A stretch of 64,000 bases of DNA from Polymyxa betae A26-41. Lineage: Eukaryota > Protista > Endomyxa: Phytomyxea. Position numbers and translations under genes: made by a program. Positions 1 through 11,754 of the stretch are shown one piece after another (position 1 is the stretch's first letter; the number at the start of each line of letters is the position of its first letter). The notes under the pieces were generated by a model. It was not told the origin of the DNA. It worked only from the letters and a program-made list of their open reading frames with translations, and searched no databases. The DNA lies in the NCBI GenBank assembly GCA_003693705.1, contig RBZT01000633.1:186001-250000 (forward strand), written 5' to 3'.

Positions 1-60
1 GATTTATTTAAGTAATATGTTTCTGTTTGTTTTATCGATCTTTATTGACTCTCGGTGTAG

Positions 61-196
61 ATATGATTCCCGAAACGACAAATACGATGAAGTGTTTGCT
101 TTTCAAAGATGTTTGTCAAGGCTAAGTGAAATGCAAAGCAAGGAGTATTCTGTTGCTGGTGATTTGCATCGGAAGAAGCGGTCAGCGCAAGGTTAG
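61..196 (+). CDS. Terminal exon of an unidentified gene entering from the left edge
   Basis: GT..AG intron at ~12-60, then open frame YDSRNDKYDEVFAFQR...KKRSAQG ending TAG at 194-196. Confidence 0.5.
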
Positions 197-229
197 CACC
201 ACGAATGTTTAAAAATGTATTAAAGTATT

Positions 230-2517
230 CTACAATCCGTGAAACGCTTGTAAAGTCGTTCGTTTTACTGGCGTTCCACGCATGGTTCGCTGTGTAGCTG
301 AGTCAATTTTCACAGACACGTAGCTACCTACAGCAGGAAGCTCTAACTTTTCATCAAAGGTACTTCTCAGAGGAGTCTTCTGGAAGACGACTTTGATATT
401 GGAATCAGAACGACCACTAAAGAAGTCGCCGGACCTGCATTTCCGATCAGAAGTGCCAACTATGTAACATTGAGATCGTCGAACCGTTTGCTGTCTCCCT
501 CTATTAGTACGAGCTGAGTTGTTCCAACATATTTTTCAGCACGTTCTCGAGCCATGTTATGGAAAAGGTTAGTCATTTCTGTCAGTCTCCTGGCTTTAAC
601 ATCTTCCGGTACATCATCTTTCAGGTATGAATGGGCATGAGTTTTCTCTCTAAATAGACTGTTACAACGGCGATAATCGCGTCTCTCATTGTTTAAACCT
701 TGCGGAATACGCGAACATAAAAGCGTGTGAGTATCCGACATCTTTGATCAAGTCCTGCCCGTTATCAGGAAAAAACGCGGCGTTCATAAATCGGTGTCAT
801 ACCAAAGTCATTCGATGATCGTCCTCTGTTTCCCCACAGAAGCCTGTGATGAAATCACTTGTAATAGCACAATCAGGTATCATTTCGTAAATGTTCCTAC
901 AGTCAAATATTGAAAATCATTAATTAAGGAAGTTATCGATAGGCAACATACGAAATTAATTGCCTGTATGCTGTGCTAGTGTAGTCTCGCTTCATAGCAG
1001 CCAGAATAGCATCACTGCCACTTTGAGCTGGAATGTGCAATGAATTGCAAACATTCTTGTAGTTGGCGACAACCTACGAAAATAATAAAAGGAGATTCCT
1101 AAAGCGAGAAAATATGATACCTCTAAAAGGTCGTCTGGGAAATCTTTGGGGTGTGGTGAAGTGAAGCTGAAAATAAGGTAAGCGATGAGCAGGCCTTTAA
1201 GAAAGCCAAACATACCGAATTCTCAATTCCGGGTCGATCTCTGCACACTGGCGAAGCAATTCAGGAAACCGGACGCCCAATCGAAACGTTCTCTGTGTGA
1301 CCAATGTGAAGAGAGGAAACTCGATAACTAGAAAAAGTAACCTTGGTTTTTTGTGAGAATCCTTCTGTAAGATTGAAGTCTTTTAAGGTATAATTGCCCT
1401 TTGGCGCGCGGCTGATGTCATTGTACGAGTTGACATTCTGTCCGAGCAAAGTAACCTTTGCAGTTTTTAGAAGCTAACATAACAGTGGGAACAGTCAATA
1501 TCTTACCTCTCTAAATCCTTGTTCTGACAACCGACGAATTTCTTGTAAAATACTCTCAATGTCACGGCTTCGTTCGCGGCCACGGGTGTAAGGAACAATG
1601 CCTAAACAATGTTCACGCCTTTGATGGATGCTGAGGATTCAAAATCATACAGTATGAGCAAAGATTGTTGCATCCTCTCATAATCGAAACGAACGCAGAT
1701 ACATTGTTTGAACTGTGGCGAACTGGAGCGATATCTGCATAAGTCTCCTGAATAATACATGATGTTAACTGAATGCACCGCCGCAAAGCTCAATTTACAT
1801 CTAAAGACAGGATGACGTTCACAGCTGATTGGCCGTCACTGGCAATTGACAGCAATCTGGGAAGATCGCGATAGCTATCAGGTCCAGCTACAACATCCAC
1901 CAATTGATCGCTTTCAAGCAATTTTGTCTTTAAGCGTTCGGCCATGCTTAGCAAAGTCAAACGTTGTTGACAATCGCAGATGAGATCTTTACCATCCCAA
2001 TACAGCAACAGTTCGACGTCCCGTTTTCCGGCCAAGAGCCCGAATCTCATATAATCGTGCCCATACCTTGTCTTCAGCGCCTTCTCGGATCTACACCGTT
2101 GCCTGAGCCATCAAATACAATTTTAAATCTTATCGAGTACCGAGCAGGTATTAATTAGGGCGATATCGGCGTTGCTGAGGTCATTAACGCGCTCGAGTCC
2201 ACTTTTGGTTAAAACCGACTCGACAATTTCGGAATCAGAAACGTTCATCTAATTACGAATGAATTGACGCTTAAAATGGTTCAAAGTCGTACTTGACAAC
2301 CGTATGTCTCGATAAAATAACGCCTACGTCGATTAATTTCTGGCGCCAGATCCTGAATAAAAGGGTGCGACGAGGATGGAGCCACTTCATGATGAATGGG
2401 CGTCGTCTCTGCCCCATGTGGAATGAAATCCTTCAAGGTTTTGCCATCGGTTGGTAGTTTAGTAATGAGAGGAATGGCAGTCGATAAGAGGCGCCGCCCT
2501 TTAATCGTGGACAGCAT
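230..2517 (-). CDS. CDK5RAP1: MiaB/CDK5RAP1-type tRNA methylthiotransferase (radical SAM, TRAM domain), probably mitochondrial; multi-exon
   Basis: Spliced translation shows [43 protein letters not shown] (CxxxCxxC), [28 protein letters not shown]; Arg/Leu/Ser-rich N-terminus. Confidence 0.93.
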
Positions 2518-2735
2518 ATCTGTTCAAGGCAGTGAGCCAGTGATGACGGAACCCATAATCTCCGTCATGTTCCATATTGAAATCGTCACTTTTTTTATGT
2601 TTTTTTGACCGCTTTGTCATATGCTTACTGAGTCATAGGTACATGTAACATGTTGAATGACTTTTCAAAGAAAAGATACTGCTTAAATGACCAAATTTTA
2701 TTTTTTCTTGTTCTATATTTTTAACAATGCAGGAT

Positions 2736-3745
2736 TTAATCGCGCATGGTGTCGGAATCGGGACGAGGGCCGCCTTGGCCATCACTGTTAGCACTGCTGA
2801 TACGCTCTTGAAGTTCTTCATCACCCAAAATGGTGAAAGCTCGGGACGTGCTAACGACTCCGATCTCGATGTTGTCGACTGTGATTTCTCCTAGAACAAT
2901 TTAAGCAATGAAGTGGTAGCATTTGCAATAAAAAGACCGGTGGGCGAAGGTCCACGAAGAGCCTTGATAGCATATTCGATTAACTCGTTGTCGGTGGCAT
3001 TTTCGAACGACTCGAAGTGTTTTTCAAGGAAAGTCTTGGCACTCTGAGAACGCGCTCCCAATGCTTGGGCGATAAATTCATAATGAATACCGCTGCAGTT
3101 TGTTCAGATTCTGTATAGCATATTGCAAGATTATTACCATGGCGAAGTTTCGAATAAGTGAGCACCGGTTTTATCAACACCAACGACAAGAAGTCCAACC
3201 CCATAGGGACGATTCCAAGCTTGCTGCGTGTAGATTTGCGATTTGTCAGAAACTTGGGACACTATGCGATTAATTGGCATGGCTGAACCATACACGTGCT
3301 TTGGATTAAGTCAGCGCCTTAGTTTTCCCAAGTTTAAGCAAGAATTACTTGATGATAAAGGGCTTCGCGGCGCATGTATACGCTAAGACCACGAGCATCG
3401 GCGATCAATCCAGAGACACCAATGCCCATGTGCTCATCAATTCTGAACAGCTTTTGCTGCGGCGAAGCAAGATCTGAAGCAGATCGGCGAAGAGCAGCCA
3501 AAACCTAGCAGGAATTGCTTTACACCATATAAAAACTAGAAAACTGAGTACAAACATACAGCTGTAGTCTTAGAACGAAGCCCACAGATCGCACTGCCCT
3601 GCTTTACAGCCTCCATTGCATATTCCACCTATACCAGCAGCGCCTAAGGCAAACCGGACTGCCATCGCAGCAGCGTTCCGACCTGGTGCAAACGACCGAC
3701 CGGGGAGTAGGTGGTGACGCTATCATCGTATTGGTTTCGGTACAT
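2736..3745 (-). CDS. PSMA1: 20S proteasome subunit alpha type-1 (alpha6); multi-exon
   Basis: [55 protein letters not shown] motifs. Confidence 0.93.
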
Positions 3746-3892
3746 GTCGACTGCCGATTAGACGAACTGCAAAGACGAAGATAGAAATCGTAAGAGACTG
3801 GATAGAGGCGCCTTCACTTCGATATGTGTATCGTAGTGGAGGTTTATGCGCAGAAAGTCTCTCTAATCTCCTATGTTCGTTGACTTCCATCT

Positions 3893-4104
3893 CAGCCTTC
3901 TCAATCAGTTCTGTCTCAAACAATCTCCGATTCAAGCGAGATCTCTATCGGCCCTCTCAAACTGTTCTGTCTTTAGATTAAATTATCACCGATTCAAGCG
4001 AGATCTTCGTTATAATTGGTGACAATCGGCCTTCTCAATCAGCTCTATGTTTGAATTAAACAATCAGCGATTCAAGCGAAAACTTTTTTATAATGGTGGC
4101 TAAT
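3893..4104. repeat. Three degenerate direct repeats (spacing 62 and 78 nt) with invariant core CGATTCAAGCGA
   Basis: Core at 3928-3939, 3990-4001, 4068-4079, each preceded by GCCYTCTCAA.C.GYTCT-like sequence. Confidence 0.85.
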
Positions 4105-4266
4105 TGTAGTAACTTTCAAAGACATTTTATTGTTTTTGTGGAATCAATTTATCCGGAGACAAATAAGCTCATTATATGTATTTGAGAAATTGAACATCGA
4201 AGATTTCACTAAGTTGAGTCATTAAGTGACAGATCGTTAATTAAACATTTTCTTTGATGACAGGTG

Positions 4267-4713
4267 ATGAGCTCTAATATCTTGATAGCATGCCTATTCT
4301 ATCTTGTTATTGTCATTGTGGCAGCAGAGACCGAGGAGGCGTCTACGGCAAGCCCTGTATCTGGATTAACTGAAAGCCGTCTAGCCGCTCTACGGGCGCT
4401 CTCCCAAGCCGGCGAACTTCATGTTAACCGAACATCAGACACTTCTGGAGTCGCTTCGATGAAGGTTCCCATGGTTCGAAATGGAACCTCAAAGCCAGTC
4501 ACCTTGCAGATCCAGCTACAAATCGCTCCTACTAAAACCTATATCAATGGGCAGAACTTCACGGTCGACGACGATGCTGCCTCCGACGAGGATATCTCAT
4601 CCAGCACGGAGCACAATCCGAACGAGAATCGCCACAAAAAGCCGTCTTATCCCAAGCTTGATTGGACAGGTTCGAATGAGCATGATAACGAGGCCTCTGT
4701 CGAGACATCATGA
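4267..4713 (+). CDS. Small intronless predicted secreted protein, unknown function
   Basis: 148-aa ORF with hydrophobic signal peptide MSSNILIACLFYLVIVIVAA and acidic C-terminus; no family recognised. Confidence 0.6.
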   Translation: MSSNILIACLFYLVIVIVAAETEEASTASPVSGLTESRLAALRALSQAGELHVNRTSDTSGVASMKVPMVRNGTSKPVTLQIQLQIAPTKTYINGQNFTVDDDAASDEDISSSTEHNPNENRHKKPSYPKLDWTGSNEHDNEASVETS

Positions 4714-5271
4714 AAACGAACCTCTGTGCAATTGCTGGGAACTCGAGCTTCTTCTCTTTCAAAGTTAGCACAGCTTGATCAAGCCAGCTGCAGTTTTAGC
4801 AAAATTGAAGGGGTTGCAAGTGTGGTATACCGAATGGGGACAGCATTGATACGGGTTGGACGAGAATGCTTAGTAATGGTCAGTCCAAAGATAAATTATA
4901 GTAAAGCTAAAGCTGATTCGAAGTTCATGGTAGACAATCAACTGCACAGTTAATAGGGAAGGGCTATGTCCAATACTGAAGTAAATGTTCTACTTACAGG
5001 AATGGTAAACTATCGCCAATCAGAGTGGAAACATAATCAGGATCTAAATAAAAGTTTACAGACTGGCCTGAATCAGGAGAGCCCTGCTCCAAATATGGAA
5101 TCTAGCATTTGACGACACGTCCAGTTTGTAAATTCCACGGAGAGTCTCTGTATTAGGTAGTGGCCACCATACTTCAGAAGGATTTCGTTTTAGGACTTGG
5201 CGTAAGAGAGTGCGCCTCGGGGTTAGAACCTGGTTCGGCCGGTCGTCGTCTGGAATCGCAGCGTCTGAGCT

Positions 5272-8200
5272 ATGCCCTGCCCGCTGCTGTCTGTATTCCT
5301 GGTCCTAGCCTGGGCGGCATCGTTCCCATCCGTTGATGCTGTCACGACCTGTGGCGGTTTGATATCGATTGCTCCCTCTCTTGTTAGGTATGAGAGAGAG
5401 ATGGTCTAGGGTTTGGTCTATCCATGTAACGTGACCTCTCTCTCTGTGTGTTTAGATTGGCGCCGTCGCAGCTGGATTTCTCACAGATCAGTCTGGTTTT
5501 GACGACCAAGTCTGGCCTGCGTAAGGAGAGTGTCCGATGTGCCCCAAATGGGTTCTATATCGTCCCCATTTACGAATCCGGCACCTATGTCCTGGAGCCT
5601 CGTCACCCGCAGCAATGGACGTTCTCCCCGTCGCGATACGAATTCTCGATCACACCTGATGGCCAATGCAACGACGACTTCAACTTCCGCATTCAGGGTT
5701 CGTACCGTGGCCGTACCGGTCCCTGCGGTAGCCCTGTTCTGACATCCACGATGTAGGGTTCCCTGTACATGGCACCGTTGTTGTCCCTCAACTTGATACG
5801 TGTTCGGATCGGCATTCCAAAGCCGCCGAAGTCACTCTCACCGTCCATTCGATGACAAATTCGTCGTTCGCTGTGGTTACGGCCTATCCTGACGCCCGCG
5901 GCCGTTTCGCAATCGCTGGTCTATCGCCTGACGACTATCTGATCGAGGCCCAGCACCCCCGCCATCAGATTACGCCGGAATCCGTCAGTCATACTGTCTC
6001 ATGGGGCGAATCCAACCTCCTACCCTTCCGTATGGCTGGCCCTAGCGTGTCGGGCCAAATAGTTTGTCCCGGAAAAATCGGTTCGTTCGATTGCAGCAGG
6101 CTTTTCAGTGACATCTGATGATGGGTGGTTTATAGCGATGGGCCTGTACCTGGTACCGCGAGGCCAACCGGTTGCAGAATGTGGCGATCGTAGCGAATCT
6201 TGCTACAGTGTCGTTTCGGATTCGGGCAGTTTCCGGTTCACAGACGTGCCGTGCGGATCGTACACGCTCCATGTTGATATGCCGACATCTGCCGCCACCT
6301 ATGCGATGAATGTTGATGCGGTCGATGTCGAGGTCGGATTTGACGATGTCGTTATCGGTAATATTACTGCAAACGAACAATCGGTTTCATTAAACTTCGA
6401 TCAGCGCCCGGCACTTTTGCCATTGTCGCTGTCAGTATCGTTGGGAAGGTGATGCATCAGGAATCTGGGCGAGGTGTTGACCAGGCGGCCGTTTTCGTTG
6501 ACGGCCACGAAGTCGCTGTTACCGATGCCGAGGGTGAATTTATGTGGAAAGGCAGCGATCTCAACAGGAAGGGCCCGTATGACCTGAAGGTATTTTTTTC
6601 AAAATCGTCCATTTTGTTATCTTAGTTCTCTTCAGGTATTCAAGCGTGGGCATCATTTTGCTGCTGTTCGTCCTTTCTATTTTGGCGACGCTTCACCTTT
6701 GATCTCGACTGAAAAGTATTTATTATGACTGGTTCTCTTTACGTCGCATCTGAGGTGCTTCTGTTTCAGATATGACGTTTGCGGTTCTGTCCAAGTTGCA
6801 GATTCTGCTGCACCATCCGATTATTCTGTCGAAGTAATTGTTGGATCGTCCATCGTCGAGACGTTGGAGCTGGACGGCAATGGCGCTTTCTGCTATACAG
6901 CAGCTGTATGGATTTCGTTGCCACATTCTCGTCATGTTCATTGACATTGTCATTAGCCGGGCAATTATGAATTCCGTCCTGTCTCGTCATTAGGGTCTCT
7001 CTCACCACAATCCCGACTGGTTACAGTTTCTAACGCGCCCGTTGATAACGTCAATTTCTATCAATTGACTGTCTCTATGCTCGGCTTCGTCAGCTGTTTT
7101 GAAAAATCGTCTTGCGAGGTATCATCATTGGAGGTTTCCGTCTAACAATGAGCCCTGATTGGAATCGATCAGGGTGTTGATGTCTTTCTTGTGAACTCGA
7201 AGTTGACTGTTTCTAATTCTACTTCTGCCAACGGCGCCGTCGTATTCTCCGAGCTCTCGTCCGGATCGTACCGGCTCTCTGCCAGCAAGAGGAATATGTG
7301 TTTCAAGCCTGTCAATGTTCGCCCCGTTAATATCTCGCCATTGTGATGCTGATCATGTCCTCCTCAGGTTGAGGTCGGCAATCACGATATCTCGAATGTT
7401 ATGATTCAGCAGACCGGCGTCAGCATCAGCGTTGATTCCCCTTTTTCTGTCGAGATGGATCTCATTGATTCTGTTAAGAAGACTCAGACTCCAGGTCATT
7501 TCTGTTGTTTCTTATATGCGTTATTGGTTTGAAACTGAGATATCGATAGTCTCCATTCCTGTTGGGGTGTCTAGTCTCTGCCTTCCGTCAGACGTCCCGA
7601 ATCGGTTCGAATTGCAATCGTCATTGTCGTCACCGTATCGCTTCAAAGGCGAACCCGTGACTGCTGCTGATAGTATCACACTTCAACCGGATCGAATCCA
7701 GGTCACCGGAAAGATTGTCGTCCCGGCTAAGTTGGCGTCATCGCTTGATATCGACGCCGCTTCTGATAAGGAGACATTAAAGACGACCGCTGTGATGGTC
7801 TCCACTGAAGACGATCAGGCCACTCTTGAATACAGTTTCTGGGGTTCCGTCTCTGATACATACATGATCAGCATTGTTGGGTCGTCGAATCTGGTCTTTG
7901 AACCCAATCGTCGTCAGGTTCGTTCTTCTGCTGCGTTGTCGTTCCATTTGTCTTAGTTATTTTTACTGCAGATCACTGTTTCTGCTCAAGAAAAAATGTA
8001 TCCGATCGAAGTTGGACTTTGTCGCGGTCGTGCTGGCCTATTCCGAAGTGGGAAGATCATTCCGGCTGTTCCTGGTAGGAGACTCTTTTTGAGATGCGGT
8101 GTTCTGTTACTGAATGGGATTCAGGCGCAATGGCAATTGCGAATTCTTCGGAAGGGTCCCTGTCGATGGTGCTCACCAACGGTATCCCCGCTTCAAATAG

Positions 8201-9683
8201 TATCTCTGCTTGTTTTCATTGAATTCAACAGATGAGTATCGATTCGGTCCTTTATCCGATGCTGCCGATTACACCATCGAAATCCAGCATCCTGAATACA
8301 AAGTAGAGAACTGTGCAATTTTATGGGCGGTTTTCTGAACTCCGTACAGTTTGAACCTATCAGCAGCGGTGATTTCCGTTCCATCAAACTACGTTCTATT
8401 CAATGTTCCATTGTTGATGAAAATCTCGGGTAGTTTGTTCTGTCGTTTCTCTGCACTGGTTTGACATGCTTGTAGGAAACCAATCGAAGGCGTTTTAATT
8501 TCTTTGAGTGGAGCAGGCTGCAGGAACAACACTCTGTCGGATGTTGATGGGAAGGTTAAATTCTCTGTATGGTGCACTCAGTTTAATAGTGGATGTGCGA
8601 GCTAAATTTGCACTAGGGCATTCTCCCTGGGCAGTATTACCTATTCCCGGTCCTGAAAGAATTTGTTTTCAATCCACCATCTTTGATGATTAATTTAACG
8701 AACGATGCCCAAACTGAATACACGATCTCTGCCAAACGCACTCTTTACAGTAAACTTTTGCGTTTTCCTGTTGGTTTTGTTTTCAAATGATGTTTAGGCG
8801 TTTTTGGATCTCTGAAATCGATCTCCAACAACGGAGTCTCCAACGTGATTGTTACAGCGACGGAATTAGAAGGCGATCATCTTGAAGAGACTGTGTATAA
8901 ATCCTTTTTTTATTTTTTCGGGATTGCTGACATTATTTAGGTCTGATGCCACTGGCAAATACCGAATTCGTGGACTGTCAGCAGGTGGGTTTTGAAATGT
9001 CGGGATGCTCATCTCCCTGATTAGTCGTAACAATTAGGTGCAAGATATAAGATCACGCTGAGGTCGCTGGAGATCACGGACTCGATTGAACGCAGCGTTC
9101 CTGAAGAACGCATCGTCACAATGCCTGCCGAAGATGTCATCGGTATTGATTTTGTTTGCTATCGGCGCTCTCTTTATTGCGACATTTTCGGTATTTTGCC
9201 AAATGAAAACTTGCCTTCTTATATTGAGCTGCGTCACCAGAAAACAGTAAGCTACGTATGATTCAGATTTATATAGCTATGCTAACTATATCTCAGGGAC
9301 AGCTTGAGAAGGCGGTTTCGTGTAGTCCGTCCAAGCGTTTCTTCTCCTTCTCTAATATTCCTTTCGGGTCGTATGTCATTTCTGCCGTTTCTAAAGATCT
9401 CATTATCGAACCCATTCTGGTCGATGTATCTGGATATGTTAAAGTTACTTTCAAATCCAAGCCTGTGTTAAAAGACAACCTGAACAACACACCTAAGATT
9501 TCGATTTTCACCATTTTCATCGGGTTTGCTTTAGTGTTTGCTGTTGTCAATTTCGAGAGTCTGCAAACCTCTGCCAAAAAATGGAACGAAAAACGGAAGT
9601 CAAAGACTGTGTCAGTTTCTCAATCGTGGGATATTGGGTTTGAAAGGAAGAAGAACAGCCTGACTAACAAATCGAGACATTAG
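5272..9683 (+). CDS. NOMO1: Nodal modulator (NOMO)-like ER type I membrane protein; highly intron-rich
   Basis: Signal peptide then CGG, ISLVLTTKSGLRKESVRCAPNGFYIVPIYESGTYVL...WTFSP...CNDDFNF, repeated beta-sandwich segments, GKYRIRGL, C-terminal TM followed by a basic tail. Confidence 0.88.
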
Positions 9684-9719
9684 AGAATCCATTCTATCAG
9701 TAAAAATGTTTAATTGTGC

Positions 9720-10028
9720 TTATTGCCAGTTTACCAAGGTTTCCTTTTGCGCCTCGCTTATACATGTTTTAGAATTTAGGTTGTCAAACATCAACAATAT
9801 AACCGGTGGCTTTTCTGACTTTTGTTTCATTACGTATATGCTGCGTATCGAAGATGATCCCAAGAAGCACTGACATGAGCTCGCCAGCTGGCGTTCAATT
9901 TTATCCATACGGGTGACCAGCTCTTGGATTGCAACTGGTGGCGATTCCTGATCCTTCAATGGTATATACATTGTTGCGCTAGAAATTGTTGCATTCTTGC
10001 AGAACTTTCTCTGTACTGGTCGGGCCAT
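9720..10028 (-). CDS. Possible small hypothetical protein
   Basis: ATG-started 102-aa ORF filling the gap between NOMO and TMEM115; no motif recognised. Confidence 0.25.
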   Translation of the reverse strand: MARPVQRKFCKNATISSATMYIPLKDQESPPVAIQELVTRMDKIERQLASSCQCFLGSSSIRSIYVMKQKSEKPPVILLMFDNLNSKTCISEAQKETLVNWQ

Positions 10029-10115
10029 TTTTTCGGGCTTAGGTAAGTAATGAATACTTCGGCAACCATCAAGTGTGACAGCGGCTTAACACATCGATAC
10101 CGATTATAAAATAAT

Positions 10116-11364
10116 TTATTTTGGTGAAGGCTGGCTTCTTTCTTCGTGAGACTCGATGTCTCTCGAGACCGTTGTAGTAGGAGATGTTCTTTCATGCTTA
10201 TATACACGTAATTTCTCTTCAATCGCTTGCAATGCGATCTTCTTCCTCCTATCAATAGAGCCTGAATGGTACTGTTAATTAGTATTCCATTTACAGCTAA
10301 TACAGCATACTTGCGAAATCGTCCTGAAGCTGCGAAGATGACGATTCTGAGGAAGCTAAACCCTCATATTGTACAACATATTTTTTTAAACATCCTAATA
10401 AAACGACTATTTTGAAAACGATGTTAAAAATAGGCGCCAAAGCCGGCCGAAACGAAGAAGGAAATAAGGCATCAAGTTGGAAATCTGCAGACGTATTTCC
10501 GATTAGGTCGGTAGAGGGATCCACTCTGAAAAACCTTTTCGCAGTACACGGATCAGAAGGTGAAACATCTTTACGTTTAATTCTTACCTGATGTAGAGCC
10601 AAGAGTAATACGTTCCAAGAGATAGTGGCAGGAATTCCTTGGAAAGCACACCTCCGCTAAGCAGGCAAATCACTGAAAATGCAAGCAGAATAGATGGCAA
10701 ATGCTATAGAAAGTTAATCCAGGAATCGAATCCAATATGTCCAATACATTAAATTTAAGAGCAGGAAGTGCCTTGGGAAGCAGCGCTCGCTTTCCAATTA
10801 GCAGCTTCAACGCGACGATCAGAGTTGCAGTGATTACGCTCAGACCGCTGAACTCGTGAAATCTAAAACGGATTATTGGTCATTGAGAGATAACTGAAAG
10901 TTATTGTTTACAGGAAAGATTCCCAACGAGTGAAAATGAAGAAAAACATCTCAATCCAGAATATGCTGAATCCTGTAGCCAGAACGACAAAAGCCTAGCA
11001 GGTCAATCAATGACCTATGGTAAATCTAAACTGAATAGGAATAATTACAAGAAGTTGGTAAGTTGTGTGCAGAAAGTTTCGTTGAATGTATCTGCCAGCT
11101 GAAAGCAATATCAGAACATGGATGGTCGCCTGATAGTTCATTCAGTCAACAGATTCGCTAAGTAGACACTCGTACGAGCAAGAAGTTACGATCTAGAAAA
11201 GGATATGTGACGACATTCCAGAGATAGAAATGCACAAAGAACGAATTGGCAGGAGATAGAGCAACCAAAGTCGCAAGCAGAGGAGCGGCTCCAGATGCAA
11301 CAATAAGTGTGAAGAGAAGGTGTATGATGGCAAATGCTGGTAAAATGAGCCTATCTGATGCCAT
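10116..11364 (-). CDS. TMEM115: TMEM115/DUF1751 rhomboid-like membrane protein; multi-exon
   Basis: MASDRLIL..., FYLWNVVTYPF, RFF...GNTSADFQLDALFP, C-terminal IDRRKKIALQAIEEKL. Confidence 0.8.
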
Positions 11365-11405
11365 TCGACTATGAGATGAATGCCCTATATGGGCTATATA
11401 GGTAA

Positions 11406-11650
11406 TGGCTGTTGTTAATGTTATAACGATAGCCACGTAAGCGACGCAGCCCTTTACAAACCCTCCCTTTAGACACTCCAAATCGCTGCTGATCCAGCAA
11501 GTTCCTCGTTTAGATTTGCGGCTCGCCATCCTTTTCGTAATCGCTTTCCCGTCTCTCTTTCCAACAACATAGCGCTATACTCGATGCTGTTGTGTAATGG
11601 TCATGATGATTACTCACTCACTACATCTGACTACTGCACTGCACTTTTTT
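11406..11650 (+). ncRNA. Candidate structured non-coding RNA with 3' box C/D motif and oligo-T end; identity unknown
   Basis: Intergenic; TATA-like TATATA at 11395; 12-bp hairpin 11406-11435; further stems; ATGATGA 11603-11609; CTGA 11627-11630; T6 11645-11650. Confidence 0.35.
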
Positions 11651-11754
11651 GTTAGCGGTCATTCACAACGATAAAAAACGTATGTGACAATAGCTGCGAT
11701 CTCTCTGCATCCACCGTTGGAAAAGTTCGCTTCATTACCATGTTGAATGTGCAC

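Noticed and set aside
3893-4104. CRISPR-like reading of the repeat/spacer pattern
   Set aside because: Eukaryotic context, the spacers resemble each other, only three degenerate units, no cas genes
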